This document shows positions 56,837-64,000 of a DNA stretch of 64,000 nucleotides, piece by piece. The stretch comes from an uncultured Bacteroidota bacterium (lineage in GTDB: Bacteria > Bacteroidota > Bacteroidia > Bacteroidales > P3). A program made the translations under genes and the position numbers. Every line of letters starts with the position of its first letter. Position 1 is the stretch's first letter. The notes under the pieces were generated by a model, which was not told the origin of the DNA, ran no database searches, and worked only from the letters and a program-made list of their open reading frames with translations. Location of the stretch: NCBI GenBank assembly GCA_900545215.1, contig UQXW01000001.1, positions 61,794 to 125,793 of the forward strand, written 5' to 3'.

Positions 56837-58027
56837 ATGGTGAGAAAGCGAATTCTTTATATCTCTGTTCTTGCTTCGGAAGCGAGGGTAAATCAGGAAC
56901 ATAAACGTACAGGAAATAATCCTGGATTTGCAGTGCAAAAATTTAGTCGTCTGTTAGTAAAAGGACTTATAGCTAATGGTGCAGATGTGTGTACACTTTC
57001 CAACCCGCCGTATGTTAATGGTAAAAGGAAATATGTTTCCTCTGTAAAAGAGGAAGAAAATGGTGTAAAATATCAATATATACCTTATTTCAATTTCCCG
57101 TTATTGAAGCATTTCTGTTTATTCTTATATGCTTTTTGTTATGTTCTCTTTTGGGGTTGTTGTAGAAGAAATGATAAAGCAATAGTCTGTGACGTGTTGC
57201 ATGTAAGTATCTGTATGGGTGCGTTGCTTGCATCAAAAATCAATCGTGTTACGAGTGTAGCTGTGGTCACGGATTGTTATGGTATGATGGTTTCTATGGG
57301 AGAACATTCTTTTGGGGAAGGAATGGGTAGAAGATTACATTCATTGTATCGCAATTCATTTAATAAATACGTTCTTCTTACTGAGCTGATGAATGAAGTG
57401 GAAAATACCAGAAATCGTCCTCATATTGTGATGGAAGCTCTTTGCGACTCCTCTATGGGAAATAACGTTGAACATGTTGAAAAGGAGTCGCCACGTACTG
57501 TTGTTTATGCAGGAGGAATTCATGAGCGATATGGTTTGAAAATGTTAGCAGAAGGTTTTTTGAAAGCCGATATTGAAGATGCAAAACTTGTTTACTATGG
57601 GAACGGACCATATGTTGAGGAATTCAAAAAACTCTCTGAACAGCATTCTAACCTTGAGTATCGTGGAGTAGTACCAAACGAAGTTATTGTAACTGAGGAA
57701 TTGAAGGCTTCACTTCTAGTGAATCCACGCTTCACTGCCGAGGAATTCACAAAGTATTCTTTTCCATCAAAGAATATGGAGTATATGGTTTCAGGAACTC
57801 CATTGCTTACTACAAAACTTCCGGGAATGCCAAAAGAATACTATAATTATGTTTTTCTTTTTGAGGAAGAAACTGTTGATGGATATGCATATGCAATTCG
57901 TTATGCGCTCTCTCATTCAGAGGAAGAGTTACGAGAATTTGGTCAAAAAGCAAAGCGGTTTGTATTGACGAACAAGAATAATATAAAGCAAGGAGAACGG
58001 ATATTGAACCTTATAGCAGAACATTGA
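56837..58027 (+). CDS. family-4 (group 1) glycosyltransferase
   Basis: C-terminal NPRFTAEEFTKYSFPSKNMEYMVSGTPLLTT (GT4 E-x7-E region). Confidence 0.8.
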   Translation: MVRKRILYISVLASEARVNQEHKRTGNNPGFAVQKFSRLLVKGLIANGADVCTLSNPPYVNGKRKYVSSVKEEENGVKYQYIPYFNFPLLKHFCLFLYAFCYVLFWGCCRRNDKAIVCDVLHVSICMGALLASKINRVTSVAVVTDCYGMMVSMGEHSFGEGMGRRLHSLYRNSFNKYVLLTELMNEVENTRNRPHIVMEALCDSSMGNNVEHVEKESPRTVVYAGGIHERYGLKMLAEGFLKADIEDAKLVYYGNGPYVEEFKKLSEQHSNLEYRGVVPNEVIVTEELKASLLVNPRFTAEEFTKYSFPSKNMEYMVSGTPLLTTKLPGMPKEYYNYVFLFEEETVDGYAYAIRYALSHSEEELREFGQKAKRFVLTNKNNIKQGERILNLIAEH

Positions 58028-58090
58028 GTATGGTTTTGATGGTGATAACACGTATGAGGTTGAAAAACAATGCGATAAATATTTATTAAT

Positions 58091-58867
58091 ATGTTGATGC
58101 AAATAATAGTTGCGCTTATTGGTGCATTGATAGGTACTTATTTTGGTGCATTCTTTTTGATTAAGACGGGTGAGAGAAAACAGAAGAAGTTGCGAAATAT
58201 TGCTATTCGAGCTTTGAAAATCGTAAAAGGGTATGCAAGAGATAACGGCACTTATGATATGGCGGATAATGAATTTAATTTAAAGTTAAATATAGTAGAA
58301 AAAAGAACTATAATAGTGGCATTACATAAGGTGGGGTTACCGATTTTGGTTCAAATGGAAACTTTGTTTGATGTAAAGCATGTTCAGTTGGGTAAGGTGC
58401 TAATTGATAAAGATTTTTTGGATGATGCAATCGTTCAGATTAAACAAGGCAAATGTGATCATTTGTTTTATGAGGATCCGGATAAGTACTTCAATGAGAA
58501 TATAAGAACTTATACCTTGCGGAGTTTGGCAAAACGTTTTGTTGATGAGGTTTTGCATAATAGCATTTATGATGCGAAAGAACTTCGGGTTTCTTACCCG
58601 GAAGATTGGAATACCAAATATTCTTGGGGTGAGAAAAAATCTATTTATGTCTTTTCATTGCAGATAATAAATGATACTTATTATAAGCAGAATGGAAAGC
58701 CTGATGATAGTAAGTTGAAGAAATTAAAATCGGAAATAGATACAGGTATATGGGATTTATATTTAAACTGGACGGTAGAGGCGTATGTGAACTTATCCAC
58801 AGGTACAAACTTAGGTGCTAAATTTTTGCAGATGGTGAATGTTGGTGGTGGTCAAAGTGTGGAATAG
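58091..58867 (+). CDS. hypothetical protein with N-terminal TM helix
   Basis: MLMQIIVALIGALIGTYFGAFFLI TM helix followed by a soluble domain with no recognised motif. The ORF is AT-rich. Confidence 0.4.
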   Translation: MLMQIIVALIGALIGTYFGAFFLIKTGERKQKKLRNIAIRALKIVKGYARDNGTYDMADNEFNLKLNIVEKRTIIVALHKVGLPILVQMETLFDVKHVQLGKVLIDKDFLDDAIVQIKQGKCDHLFYEDPDKYFNENIRTYTLRSLAKRFVDEVLHNSIYDAKELRVSYPEDWNTKYSWGEKKSIYVFSLQIINDTYYKQNGKPDDSKLKKLKSEIDTGIWDLYLNWTVEAYVNLSTGTNLGAKFLQMVNVGGGQSVE

Positions 58868-59037
58868 TGATAAAAGTACATGGGAAGAGAGTATGTAATA
58901 GTACAATGATAGTGGAAGATGAAATACGATGGGAATTACTTGCTCTATTTTTCAAGCAAGGCTTCGTTACGTATTTTCCGCAAATTGTGTAACTTTATTG
59001 TCGCTCGCCATTGGATGATGTTAAGTAGTTTGTAAAG

Positions 59038-59883
59038 TTGTTGGAAACGGTGAGTAATAGTACGAATAACAGGATGAAATTCGTGTGCAATTCAGTACAT
59101 TTGAAGAATAAATGGAGGGCGATAGATGATCATTTCCCTTTTTTTAAGGCAAAGAGATTAAACCTGACTAGGTCATATTATCGTTTTATGTCTGAGAAAG
59201 CATTTGATTTCATTATGAAGGGGCAATTTCGATTTAGAAATCCTGCTTTATGGTTTGATCCTTTCGAGAAGCTAATGGTTGAGGGTGATTATACACAATT
59301 ATCGTATGAACGGCCTGCAACTTATGCGGCGTGTTTTACTCGATTATCAAATGGTGATGCTCATTGGAAGATGTATAATGACAATGAAGATTTGTGTATC
59401 AGAGTAGAATTTGATATGAATAATTTCATCGGTGTATTAGCTTTGTCTTGTGTATTATATATAGACATTAATCTCTATATTGGAAATGTTTCATATTTAG
59501 AAGAAGGTGATATAGCAGGGATTGGTTCAAAGAGTGGAAAGTATCATGGCATCGCTGTTCCTGATAAGTTTTCTCAAGAGGATTATGTTGATTTGTTATT
59601 GCTTAAAAGGCATCCATTCAAGTGGGAAGAAGAAACCAGAGTTATTGTATTGACTGATGGAGAGCAAGGTGAATATATGAATTTGTGTTTTTCGCCAGAA
59701 ATTGCCAAAACGTTTATCAAATCAATTGAAATCAACCCTAAGGCGAGTGAAAAAGAGATGGAAAGATTGGAAAGCAAATATAGATCATGGTGGGAAGATT
59801 ATCCAAAGGACAATGTCTATGACTTCAAATGTACTAAGTCAAATTTGTACTCTCCAATGGAACGAATTGTTTTTGAGAAATAA
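59038..59883 (+). CDS. DUF2971-like protein
   Basis: FRNPALWFDPFE resembles the DUF2971 F(N/D)DPFE signature. Length is 281 aa. Confidence 0.45.
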   Translation: MLETVSNSTNNRMKFVCNSVHLKNKWRAIDDHFPFFKAKRLNLTRSYYRFMSEKAFDFIMKGQFRFRNPALWFDPFEKLMVEGDYTQLSYERPATYAACFTRLSNGDAHWKMYNDNEDLCIRVEFDMNNFIGVLALSCVLYIDINLYIGNVSYLEEGDIAGIGSKSGKYHGIAVPDKFSQEDYVDLLLLKRHPFKWEEETRVIVLTDGEQGEYMNLCFSPEIAKTFIKSIEINPKASEKEMERLESKYRSWWEDYPKDNVYDFKCTKSNLYSPMERIVFEK

Positions 59884-59987
59884 TATGTGAATTGTAGCAA
59901 GGCCTATGATAATAATATTCTGGATTGTATCATTTGTGGCTTGGGCTTATGATTGTGGAACTTGATGCTATTGTTTGTTTCCTTGAT

Positions 59988-60054
59988 GGCAGTATGGAAA
60001 AAGTGCCACTTTTAGGGGTGAAAAGTGGCACTTTTTAGGGCAATAAGTGGCACT
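59988..60054 (+). repeat. three direct repeats of a palindromic ~16-bp motif (AAAAGTGsCACTTTT) with a 22-23-bp period, upstream of the HU-like genes
   Basis: Cores at 59990-60004 (perfect palindrome AAAAGTGCCACTTTT), 60012-60027 and 60035-60050, each followed by AGGG/GAGG. Confidence 0.7.
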
Positions 60055-60107
60055 TTTTTGAGGCAAAGCCAAGGTTTTACAATCAATACATAAAGACTTT
60101 CAATGAT

Positions 60108-60491
60108 ATGATACAGCTTATTCCTACAAAACGCGTACTAAATTGTAATGGTGTCAATAAAGAGGTGTATCTTTTGAAGCTCAATCCTGTTCACCCGATG
60201 GATTTTGATGTTTTGGCAAAGCTGATTGCCGAAAGGACGACTTTGACCGAGTATGAGGTGGAGTTCGTTTTGAGCGAGTTGCAGACGGTTATGGTTGAGA
60301 ATTTGGAGTTGGGTCGCGGGGTGAAGTTCGGAAAACTCGGCACGTTTGAGCCCTCGCTTAAAGCCGAGGCGGTGGAAAATGAACAGGAACTCAATCTTTC
60401 AACCGTGAAGAAAGTGAACATCATATACAAACCGTCGCTTGAAATAAAAAAGGCTTTGAAGAAGTTGAGAATGAGAATAAACAGGAAGTAG
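60108..60491 (+). CDS. Bacteroidota HU-related DNA-binding protein (HU_rel family)
   Basis: Size and the …LAKLIAERTTLTEYEVEFVLSELQ…LGTFEPS… pattern match the histone-like HU_rel family. First of three tandem paralogs. Confidence 0.7.
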   Translation: MIQLIPTKRVLNCNGVNKEVYLLKLNPVHPMDFDVLAKLIAERTTLTEYEVEFVLSELQTVMVENLELGRGVKFGKLGTFEPSLKAEAVENEQELNLSTVKKVNIIYKPSLEIKKALKKLRMRINRK

Positions 60492-60557
60492 CTGTTGGCA
60501 AAAAGCCAATAGTCAAAAGTATAAAGAATAATAAATCAATAAAAAAAGGAGGTAAGT

Positions 60558-60962
60558 ATGGCATTTGTGTACAAAAAGAAAAAGCAACTTGTTACTTTGG
60601 GGCAAAATCCCGGTGAGAAGTATGTTGTTGCAACGGCCAATCAGGGCAGAGTTACGGATGCAGAGCTGAAGGAGTTTATACGGCGTAATTCCACTCTTTC
60701 GGAGCAGGATGTCAATCTGCTTTATCATTCATTTGCGGAGGTAATAGAGGAAAATATGAGCCTCGGAATGGGTGTGAATCTTAAAGATTTGGGTGTGTTC
60801 ACGCCCAATTTCCGAACAAAAGGGAGTGCTTCTTTGGAGGAGGTCGGTGTGGAAAACATTGAAAAGGTTGTGGTAAATTTCCGTCCGGCAACCAAGCTCA
60901 GAGAGAAAATAGACAACGCTCCTGTAAAAGAAACTCGTAAGTTTGACCTTAAACACGTGTAG
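60558..60962 (+). CDS. Bacteroidota HU-related DNA-binding protein (paralog 2)
   Basis: LGQNPGEKYVVATANQGRVTDAELKEFIRRNSTLSEQDVNLLYHSFAEVIEENMSLG…LGVFTP. Confidence 0.7.
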   Translation: MAFVYKKKKQLVTLGQNPGEKYVVATANQGRVTDAELKEFIRRNSTLSEQDVNLLYHSFAEVIEENMSLGMGVNLKDLGVFTPNFRTKGSASLEEVGVENIEKVVVNFRPATKLREKIDNAPVKETRKFDLKHV

Positions 60963-60966
60963 CCTT

Positions 60967-61368
60967 ATGATACAGTATACAGTTGAAAAGAAAAAAGTTC
61001 TGAACGGTAGAAATCCGGGTGAGGTAAAGTATTATCCGAAGATAGTGAGAGCGACTACCATGACTACCGAAAAGGTGGCTGCTTTGTTGGAAGAGAGAAC
61101 GACAATCAGCAGGGGCGAAGCATATGCGTTTTTGCAGGCTTTTTCAAAAGCTGTAACGTTTTATGTGACCGAGGCGTTTGTTGTGGAGGCGGAGGGTTTG
61201 GGAATTTTCACGCCGTATATCAATGCCGAAGCCGTGGACACTTTGGAGAAAGCGACCGAAAAAACTATTAAAAAGAAAGGTGTGCGTTACCGTCCGACCA
61301 AAGCGATGGAAGCAAAGTTGAATCAAGTGAAATTCCAGAAAGCAAATTTGGACGTAGATCATATTTGA
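60967..61368 (+). CDS. Bacteroidota HU-related DNA-binding protein (paralog 3)
   Basis: VLNGRNPGEVKYYPKIVRATTMTTEKVAALLEERTTISRGEAYAFLQAF…LGIFTP. The start was moved to the internal Met to avoid overlapping paralog 2. Confidence 0.7.
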   Translation: MIQYTVEKKKVLNGRNPGEVKYYPKIVRATTMTTEKVAALLEERTTISRGEAYAFLQAFSKAVTFYVTEAFVVEAEGLGIFTPYINAEAVDTLEKATEKTIKKKGVRYRPTKAMEAKLNQVKFQKANLDVDHI

Positions 61369-61447
61369 CGACTCAATCCTATGGCAGTGGAATATTCTGC
61401 CATAGGGGTGCTAAAAATGAGGATATAAAATTCATCAATTTGATTAT

Positions 61448-62623
61448 ATGAAAAAAATAATGATGGTTTTCGGCACACGTCCCGAAGCTATAAAGATGTG
61501 TCCGCTTGTGAAAGAATTCCAAAAGCGGGCGGAAGAGTTCAAGACCATCGTGTGTGTCACGGGGCAGCATCGTGAAATGCTCGACCAAGTGCTTGGGATA
61601 TTTGATGTTCAGCCGGATATCGACCTCAATATCATGAAGCAAGGACAGGATTTAACGGATGTAACAGTACGCATTCTTAACGGTATGCGAGATGTGTTTA
61701 AAGAATGTCGTCCTGATGTGGTGCTTGTGCATGGCGATACTACAACATCTACCGCTGCTGCTCTTGCAGCATTCTATGCCCAGATTCCTGTAGGCCATGT
61801 AGAGGCAGGACTTCGTACACATAATATTTATAGCCCATGGCCGGAAGAGATGAACCGCCAAGTAACAGGACGTATTGCAACATACAATTTTGCACCTACC
61901 GTTCTTTCCGAGAAGAACTTGATAGAAGAAAAAGCAATGGGGCAAATTTTCATAACTGGCAATACCGTTATCGATGCGTTGCATATTGTGGTTGATAAGT
62001 TGAAAAACAATGAATCTCTTGCCAAAGAGCAAGACGACATTCTTCTAAAAGCCGGCTATGATATAACTCGTTTGGCTGATAGAAAAAAGTTGGTTCTTAT
62101 CACAGGACATAGACGTGAAAATTTTGGCGATGGTTTTATTCGCATGGTAACAGCGATGAAGGACCTTTCGGAGAAATACCCGAATGTGGACTTTGTTTAC
62201 CCTATGCATTTGAATCCTAATGTGCGTAAACCTATTCACGAAGTGTTCGGTGAAGACCTTACACGTCCAAACTTCTTCTTTATCGAACCGCTCCAATATC
62301 TGGAGTTTGTACATTTGATGTCGAAAGCAACAATAGTACTTACCGACAGTGGTGGAATACAAGAAGAAGCACCAGGATTAGGCAAACCGGTACTTGTGAT
62401 GCGTGATACTACAGAACGCCCAGAGGCATTGGAAGCAGGCACTGTAAAATTAGTAGGCACAGACTACGATAAAATAGTATCTGAAGTGTCAATGCTATTA
62501 AAAAATAAAGAATATTACGATACTATGAGTAAAGCTGTTAATCCTTACGGTGATGGCTTGGCTTGCTGTCGTATTGCCGATGTGCTTGCCGGCAAAGAGA
62601 TGGATAGATACGGAGTTAGGTAA
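61448..62623 (+). CDS. wecB: UDP-N-acetylglucosamine 2-epimerase (non-hydrolysing)
   Basis: MKKIMMVFGTRPEAIKMCPLV…HVEAGLRT…TDSGGIQEEAP. Confidence 0.95.
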   Translation: MKKIMMVFGTRPEAIKMCPLVKEFQKRAEEFKTIVCVTGQHREMLDQVLGIFDVQPDIDLNIMKQGQDLTDVTVRILNGMRDVFKECRPDVVLVHGDTTTSTAAALAAFYAQIPVGHVEAGLRTHNIYSPWPEEMNRQVTGRIATYNFAPTVLSEKNLIEEKAMGQIFITGNTVIDALHIVVDKLKNNESLAKEQDDILLKAGYDITRLADRKKLVLITGHRRENFGDGFIRMVTAMKDLSEKYPNVDFVYPMHLNPNVRKPIHEVFGEDLTRPNFFFIEPLQYLEFVHLMSKATIVLTDSGGIQEEAPGLGKPVLVMRDTTERPEALEAGTVKLVGTDYDKIVSEVSMLLKNKEYYDTMSKAVNPYGDGLACCRIADVLAGKEMDRYGVR

Positions 62624-62662
62624 TATAGTACCGTGGTAATCATTAAGTAAATGGTATGATTT

Positions 62663-63730
62663 ATGGCAACTCATAAAGTAGCGTTAGTTGTTTCAAATAA
62701 TGTTTGGTTCTGTCCGTATGTATATATTTATACTGATCTTTTAAAGACGCGTCATGTAGATTACGACATCATCTCATGGAATCGCAATGGCAAGAAGGAA
62801 GATGCTATTCAGTACAATTATACTCCCACAAGCAGGAGTCCCTTGATGCTGCTATGGGCATACCGGAAGTTTGCAAGCTTTGTAAAAAAGACGATAAAAA
62901 AGGATGGGTATGATAGGTTGATTGTGTTCACTTCTCAATTGGGTATTTTCCTTTGTGATTTCCTGAAACAAGAATTCGAGGGTAGGTATATCTTTGATTT
63001 CAGGGATTTGTCACTTGAGCAAAAAGTCTACTTCAAAAGACCTTTTTTGATGGTTCTTCGGAATAGTTTCGCCAATGTAATTTCGTCACCAGGCTTCAAG
63101 AAGTACCTCCCTTCAGGCTTTAGCTATATTCTTTCGCATAATTTTAATGTGGAAACCGTTCGTAAGGCATTTGACGAACAAGAAGAGATGGAATTGAACA
63201 GAAATTCTATTGATGTGTTGACGATTGGAGGAATCCGAGATTATGAGACGAATGTACAGGTGATGGAGCATCTGTTAAATGTGGAAGGTTTTACGGTGCG
63301 TTTCGTAGGGGAAGGTCCATCGGCTGCCGATCTTCAGAAGAGAGCAGAGGAACTGAATGCATCCAATGTTTACTTTGAAGGCTATTACCCCAAAGAGAAA
63401 GAAAAGGTGTATGTGTCCGAAGCTTCTTTCTTAAATATTTTTTATCCTCGCAAACCATCGCACGATACGGCTATTTCAAATCGTTTTTACAACTCTTTGA
63501 TTTATCGCAAACCGATGATAACGACAAAGCATACCACACAAGGTGATTATGCAGAGTTGTATAAGGTAGGTTTGGCTTTAGAGAGTTGCGAGAATCTACC
63601 ATATATTCTAAAGTCGTATTTGGAGACAATGGATATGCAACAATTCTGTCAAAACAGTAATCAACTTCTTGCCGACTTTCTGAAAGATTATGAAGTTTGG
63701 GAGAAGATGGTTCTGAAGTTTATTAAATAG
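62663..63730 (+). CDS. putative glycosyltransferase (GT4-like C-terminal domain)
   Basis: C-terminal VRFVGEGPSAADLQKRAEELNASNVYFEGYYPKE resembles the GT1/GT4 linker and donor-binding half. The N-terminal half is unassigned. Confidence 0.5.
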   Translation: MATHKVALVVSNNVWFCPYVYIYTDLLKTRHVDYDIISWNRNGKKEDAIQYNYTPTSRSPLMLLWAYRKFASFVKKTIKKDGYDRLIVFTSQLGIFLCDFLKQEFEGRYIFDFRDLSLEQKVYFKRPFLMVLRNSFANVISSPGFKKYLPSGFSYILSHNFNVETVRKAFDEQEEMELNRNSIDVLTIGGIRDYETNVQVMEHLLNVEGFTVRFVGEGPSAADLQKRAEELNASNVYFEGYYPKEKEKVYVSEASFLNIFYPRKPSHDTAISNRFYNSLIYRKPMITTKHTTQGDYAELYKVGLALESCENLPYILKSYLETMDMQQFCQNSNQLLADFLKDYEVWEKMVLKFIK

Positions 63731-63747
63731 CACAATATGGATAGCTA

Positions 63748-64000
63748 GTCAATACGACTCCATTCAGAAAATAAGCAAAAGAAAATATTTTATAGAAGAC
63801 AGATAATCAACTCTACGTATGCTGACACTTTCCCTACTGTCAATCTTGAAGTTTTGGCGTGTGGTACACTGGTACTTACGTATCGTACGGGAGGTTTACC
63901 GGAAGCTATTGATGAAAATACAGGTATTGTGATAGAACAAGGAAATGTGAATGCTCTTGCGGATGCAATTCGACAGATGAGGGAGCAGCCTCTGTCCGGG
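63748..64000 (+). pseudogene. 5'-truncated remnant of a GT4 glycosyltransferase (C-terminal donor-binding segment only); runs off the window end
   Basis: The open frame encodes …YADTFPTVNLEVLACGTLVLTYRTGGLPEAIDENTGIVIEQGNVNALADAIRQM…, matching the GT4 E-x7-E/'EAmA-G-PVV' region. No start codon or N-terminal domain lies upstream, and an in-frame TAG sits at ~63745. Confidence 0.45.

Noticed and set aside
60012-60050. TGGCAC within the palindromic repeats, resembling a sigma-54 -24 element
   Set aside because: No properly spaced -12 TTGC(A/T) follows (TGGCAC-ttttt-AGGG/TGAGG). The palindromic direct-repeat interpretation fits better.
1-64000. Search for CRISPR arrays, rRNA, tRNA, integrases/transposases and prophage genes
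   Set aside because: No regularly spaced repeat-spacer array was seen. There are no rRNA-like conserved blocks, and no convincing cloverleaf candidates in the intergenic regions inspected by eye; a tRNA scan would be needed to be sure. No integrase, transposase or phage structural motifs appear in any ORF.

Overview
This window reads as a Bacteroidota (Bacteroidales-like) chromosomal segment, judged from TAnnTTTG -7 promoter boxes, T9SS C-terminal sorting domains and HU_rel-type HU paralogs. The first ~32 kb is mostly housekeeping: alaS, typA/bipA, RNase P RNA (rnpB), a split transketolase, rpsA, a PIF1-like helicase, an NdpA-like nucleoid protein, a CPA2 antiporter and an aldehyde dehydrogenase. 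Interspersed are T9SS cargo genes: an M1 peptidase, a PPAD-like deiminase, and two ECF sigma factors each followed by a membrane protein with a T9SS type-B C-terminal domain. From ~32.2 kb to the end is a large, visibly AT-richer surface-polysaccharide (capsule/O-antigen type) locus that looks mosaic: two Wzx flippases, a Wzy/EpsG polymerase, GT2 and GT4 transferases, rfbA, rfbB, ugd, a TviB-like dehydrogenase, wecB, a DegT aminotransferase, two ATP-grasp enzymes, two GNATs and an acyltransferase. Small conflict or defence-like cassettes are embedded in it. One is an AAA ATPase plus a DUF4276/RloB-like pair. Another is a tight five-gene island: a HEPN-like gene, an unknown gene, a SecB-like chaperone, a GIY-YIG nuclease and a degenerate class-III nucleotidyl-cyclase-like gene. 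A third is a transmembrane protein plus DUF2971 pair. The locus also carries homopolymeric tracts, a G8 at the acyltransferase start and a C9 inside a GNAT gene, which are candidate phase-variation switches. A family of short 'AAACGCCGTTTC'-type dispersed repeats occurs in intergenic DNA and, in frame, inside two unrelated CDSs. No CRISPR array, rRNA or integrase was seen.
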